From Penicillus capitatus (lineage: Eukaryota; Plantae; Chlorophyta): 64,000 nucleotides of DNA. Shown one piece after another: positions 60,922 through 64,000 of this stretch. The notes beneath the pieces were generated by a model. It worked only from the letters and a program-made list of their open reading frames with translations. It had not been told where the DNA came from and did no database searches. The DNA lies in contig OZ287699.1 in the NCBI GenBank assembly GCA_965649825.1, forward strand, positions 620,001 through 684,000, in the 5' to 3' direction. The translations under genes were made by a program, and so were the position numbers. How positions within the stretch are numbered: the first letter of the stretch is position 1; every line of letters starts with the position of its first letter.

Positions 60922-61761
60922 ATGGCGTTGGCTGAAGTCACCGTGATAGTTGCAGTGTTGTTGGCCGGGTCGACTTCGGTTGTCACTGGGCGTCCGTCGG
61001 AAAACGCATGGACGCTTCAACATGAAGATCGCTCTCCGGAACAGAACGCGATGTGCAAGCCAAAGTTGGCGTGCAAAGGAATGTTCATACTCCTACAACG
61101 CGCATGCAATGACAACGTCACTTCTGCTCAAAAGGAGTCGAATCTATTGTGGAGAGTCCGACAGCCAAAAGGGGTGGTGCATTTCATAGGACGCAAGCTG
61201 TGCAATACATGCTGCAACTGGCAAGAAACTGAGGAACGGCTACCCGTTATTCCTGTCGAATCGTCAAAGCCGAAGCCATCTCCGAGCGAATCCCCGAGCC
61301 CATCGCCGTCTCCGTCTCCGAGCGAATCCCCGAGCCCGTCTCCGTCTCCGTCTCCGAGCGAGTCCCCGAGCCCATCGCCGTCTCCGTCTCCGTCTCCGAG
61401 CGAGTCCCCGAGCCCATCGCCGTCTCCGTCTCCGAGCGAGTCCCCGAGCCCATCGCCGTCTCCGTCTCCGAGCGTGTCCCCGAGCCCATCGGCATCTTTG
61501 GTGCCACCCACTGCTCAGCCTGTGTCTCAAGATTCATCCCCTAATCCCTCGCCGCCGTTGCCATCCAATCGACGGGATGACGATAAAACCGAGTCGATCG
61601 TGACGTGGACAGTGGCAACAAGTTTGCTTGTTGTGTCAGTGATCTGGATTTCCGTTTATTTGTATTTTTACCGCGCCCGCCTTTCTATGCACCATCGCAA
61701 TCGACAGTCAACTTGCGATGCAGCACAATCCGATACTCTCACGGAGAGTCTGAATCCGTAG
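60922..61761 (+). CDS. Type-I membrane Ser-Pro-repeat (hydroxyproline-rich glycoprotein-like) surface protein
   Basis: Signal peptide, Cys-containing N-domain, (SESPSPSPSPSP)n, TM IVTWTVATSLLVVSVIWISVYLYF. Confidence 0.8.
   Translation: MALAEVTVIVAVLLAGSTSVVTGRPSENAWTLQHEDRSPEQNAMCKPKLACKGMFILLQRACNDNVTSAQKESNLLWRVRQPKGVVHFIGRKLCNTCCNWQETEERLPVIPVESSKPKPSPSESPSPSPSPSPSESPSPSPSPSPSESPSPSPSPSPSPSESPSPSPSPSPSESPSPSPSPSPSVSPSPSASLVPPTAQPVSQDSSPNPSPPLPSNRRDDDKTESIVTWTVATSLLVVSVIWISVYLYFYRARLSMHHRNRQSTCDAAQSDTLTESLNP
61276..61490 (+). repeat. Coding tandem repeat, 36-bp unit encoding SESPSPSPSPSP
   Basis: Repeats of gagcga(a/g)tccccgagccc(a/g)tc(g/t)ccgtctccgtctcc, one unit 42 bp. Confidence 0.95.
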
Positions 61762-62290
61762 GAGGAGACTGTCTCCGACCCCCAAGTCCACACACATTAA
61801 CTTAGAACTTGTCCGTCCTATTGACGTTACTTTCGCTAGCACTGCGCATTCTTTCCCAATCGGCGCTTTCTGCCTTCTTTCTAACAGCTTCCTTTAAAAA
61901 ATGACGGTATGTGTTATTTGCAAACAGTCATGTTCCGATCAGGATTATGGCAGCGACTGTAACGGAATGTCATTTCGGACAGACGGACCGCCTGCGTCGG
62001 ACGACACTGCAGCGAAACGCATCGTGGATCATGACAGGACTGTGAATCGAACGCCTTGGTGACTGTCGCTTCAAAGCACCTACATTTGGCAATACTGACG
62101 TGGCTTCTTGTTCTTCAAAAGCTCCAAAGCAGAGCTACGGCCATCCTCACTGACGAGACATCGCTGCAATCCACCTGGTTTTTGCCGTGATATCTGTTTT
62201 CACAAATCGACGTTTCATTCGAAGTTTGACGAACAACCCTTCGGTATGCATCGTATTTCATTCTCGACACAAAGCAATGGTGTTGTAGAG

Positions 62291-63349
62291 ATGAAACTGC
62301 GAAACCCTAGCTTTGTCGTTTTTTGCCTTGTAATTTTCTTCTCAAGTTTCGCGACTGGTGCTGAAAAGATTGCGTCGCGAAAAACGCTTCCTATTGATTC
62401 AGCAGCAGCAGTTCGAGAAATCGCGGGACGTAATGGGCCGCTGAGTTTATTTCGTTTTCCCTTCAGTCGAAAAAAGAGTGGCGATAGTGAGGATGCCTCT
62501 GAAGATGAAACATCGAAAACTGAAGAAGAAGAAGTCATTAGAGAGCAGGACCAGCAAATAGCCGGAGCCATTTTTCAGAAGTTCCAGCAAGAGTTACCGT
62601 TGTTCGCCAGCCCCGATTCGTTGACAACAACAACAACAACAACACCTCAACATGTTGAAGTTGATCCTCCGGCGGCGACCCCATCTCCGACGGTGTCGAA
62701 AGTTCCATCTCCGACGGTGTCGAAAGTTCCATCTCGCTCAGATCCGCCATCAGCGAGTCCAACCGACATCATTCCGTCAGAAGCAATAGAGGAGTTATCC
62801 TCTGTGGCCCCATCATCTGAAGCAGCAGAAGCATCCGAACCTGAAGAACAAGTTGCTGTGCTATCAGAACAGTCAGACATAGAAGCACCTGTCCCAGAAT
62901 CCGTCGAATCTGTAGATTCCACTGAATCTATTGAATCTGTCGAACCCGTAGATTCTTCCGCCCAAACTGTCGAATCTGTTGGATCTTGGCCGGCCCCCGA
63001 GAGGGAGGTGTATGAAGAAGAGCTTCTTGTCGCTGAGCCTCCCGGTAGTGAACCCGCAGTACCCGTGAGAGCCGTCACATCGGCTCAAACGCTGAGCAGA
63101 ACTGCAGAACTGTCGGAAACACTCTCCGCGTCACTGGATACGCATGAACAAGTGGAAGAAGAGGACAGCGAAGCTCCTGCCCCTGAAGATAATAAACATC
63201 GACACCGCATCGGTCGGAAGATGAGGATCGTTTCCTGGACACTGGCTAGCATCTGTATTTCATTGGTTGTTGTGGGGAATTTCCTCGGCATCTATTTTTC
63301 GTATATTCGTCCACGTCTCTCTCGAAGAACTGAATATACAGAGCTTTGA
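62291..63349 (+). CDS. Type-I membrane mucin-like (S/T/P/E-rich) protein
   Basis: Signal peptide MKLRNPSFVVFCLVIFFSSFATG, low-complexity ectodomain, TM IVSWTLASICISLVVVGNFLGIYF, tail ending YTEL. Confidence 0.75.
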   Translation: MKLRNPSFVVFCLVIFFSSFATGAEKIASRKTLPIDSAAAVREIAGRNGPLSLFRFPFSRKKSGDSEDASEDETSKTEEEEVIREQDQQIAGAIFQKFQQELPLFASPDSLTTTTTTTPQHVEVDPPAATPSPTVSKVPSPTVSKVPSRSDPPSASPTDIIPSEAIEELSSVAPSSEAAEASEPEEQVAVLSEQSDIEAPVPESVESVDSTESIESVEPVDSSAQTVESVGSWPAPEREVYEEELLVAEPPGSEPAVPVRAVTSAQTLSRTAELSETLSASLDTHEQVEEEDSEAPAPEDNKHRHRIGRKMRIVSWTLASICISLVVVGNFLGIYFSYIRPRLSRRTEYTEL

Positions 63350-63600
63350 TGATGATGCATTATGTGAAATCGATCTGCAGTAACGTCTTTCTCAATCTCT
63401 GTGTGCGATCTGCAGCAGAACGGAACATATGCGGCACCTTTAAGTCTCACCTCGTTTAGTATGTTGACAGACATTAATTGTATATCTCCTTTACCTGCTT
63501 GTCGAACTGTTGAAGATGAGGCAGCGAAACTAGATCATTCCAAATCATCACCTGTCTGACATTTCAATCCTTCCGTTTAAAGACTCCGTCGTTTTTCGAT

Positions 63601-64000
63601 ATGACATCCATCCAATACACTGAGCTCTTCCTGCGCGACAACGCATGGATAAATGCCCTCGTTCTCGACCGTCTACCTCCTTTCGTTGCGGAATCTCTTC
63701 CGCTCTTCTTTCGAACGTGGCTGCGGAACTTTGTATTCGCTTCTGCCGTCTACTTCGGCGTCGGTGGACTCTGGTGCTACTATGTCTACTACTGCTTCCG
63801 TTTTCGATTCTACAAAGACGGGAAGATCCCGTCGGTCGGAGACGTACTCCAACAAGTCTTCAGGACCTCAACGAAATGGCGCCGATCGACTGATTTCCCT
63901 CCCATATATGTCACTGTAGATTCGTGTGGCTTGCTCGGCCTTGCCTCTGTATTCCCTGCTGCCGACCGTGACAGACTTCATCGTCGAACGAGGATACACA
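63601..64000 (+). CDS. DWF7: Delta7-sterol C5(6)-desaturase (DWF7/STE1/ERG3 family), 5' part; runs off window
   Basis: MTSIQYTELFL...LPLFFRTWLRNFVFASAVYFGVGGLWCYYVY...IP/IRVACSALPLYSLLPTVTDFIVERGYT matches plant STE1 N-terminus. Confidence 0.85.
   Translation, partial: MTSIQYTELFLRDNAWINALVLDRLPPFVAESLPLFFRTWLRNFVFASAVYFGVGGLWCYYVYYCFRFRFYKDGKIPSVGDVLQQVFRTSTKWRRSTDFPPIYVTVDSCGLLGLASVFPAADRDRLHRRTRIH

Noticed and set aside
61128-61537. Gly-Asp-rich, Arg-rich and SETET-repeat minus-strand ORFs
   Set aside because: Antisense shadows of the coding Ser-Pro repeat.

Overview
Eukaryotic nuclear DNA from a compact, photosynthetic, flagellate-capable genome. A chlorophyte green alga is inferred from ALB3, tocopherol cyclase and outer-arm dynein LC1; the standard genetic code is used and introns are short (about 45-70 nt). 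The window has three parts. (1) About 1-17.8 kb is a dense block of housekeeping genes: NDUFS4, tandem CCCH protein, receptor-like pseudokinase, ALB3, DNAL1, DEDDh exonuclease, VTE1, OPR/RAP-like protein, PDK and PDI. (2) About 17.8-42.0 kb is a gene-poor 24.2-kb island bracketed by a ~0.91-kb direct duplication of the PDI 3' half. It holds two nested Ty3/gypsy LTR retrotransposons, each with identical LTRs, plus a frameshifted PDE12-like gene fragment, T-rich segments and a GATC-rich satellite. (3) About 43-64 kb is a second dense gene block: MATH-USP pseudo-deubiquitinase, organellar IleRS, phosphoglycerate-mutase-like protein, CFAP97-like, CTR1/EDR1-like Raf kinase, two type-I surface glycoproteins and sterol C5-desaturase. 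The most striking system is the retrotransposon pair. Two divergent ~4.8-kb elements share an identical 13-nt PBS and an identical 13-nt PPT, and their ORFs run from LTR to LTR so that PBS and PPT are protein-coding. The inner element has a membrane-anchored Gag and inserted exactly at a PPT look-alike in the outer element's gag. Other notable points are two possible bicistronic gene pairs (including a TGATG stop-start overlap) and frequent GC-AG introns. All gene models and alignments were made by eye; no searches were run.
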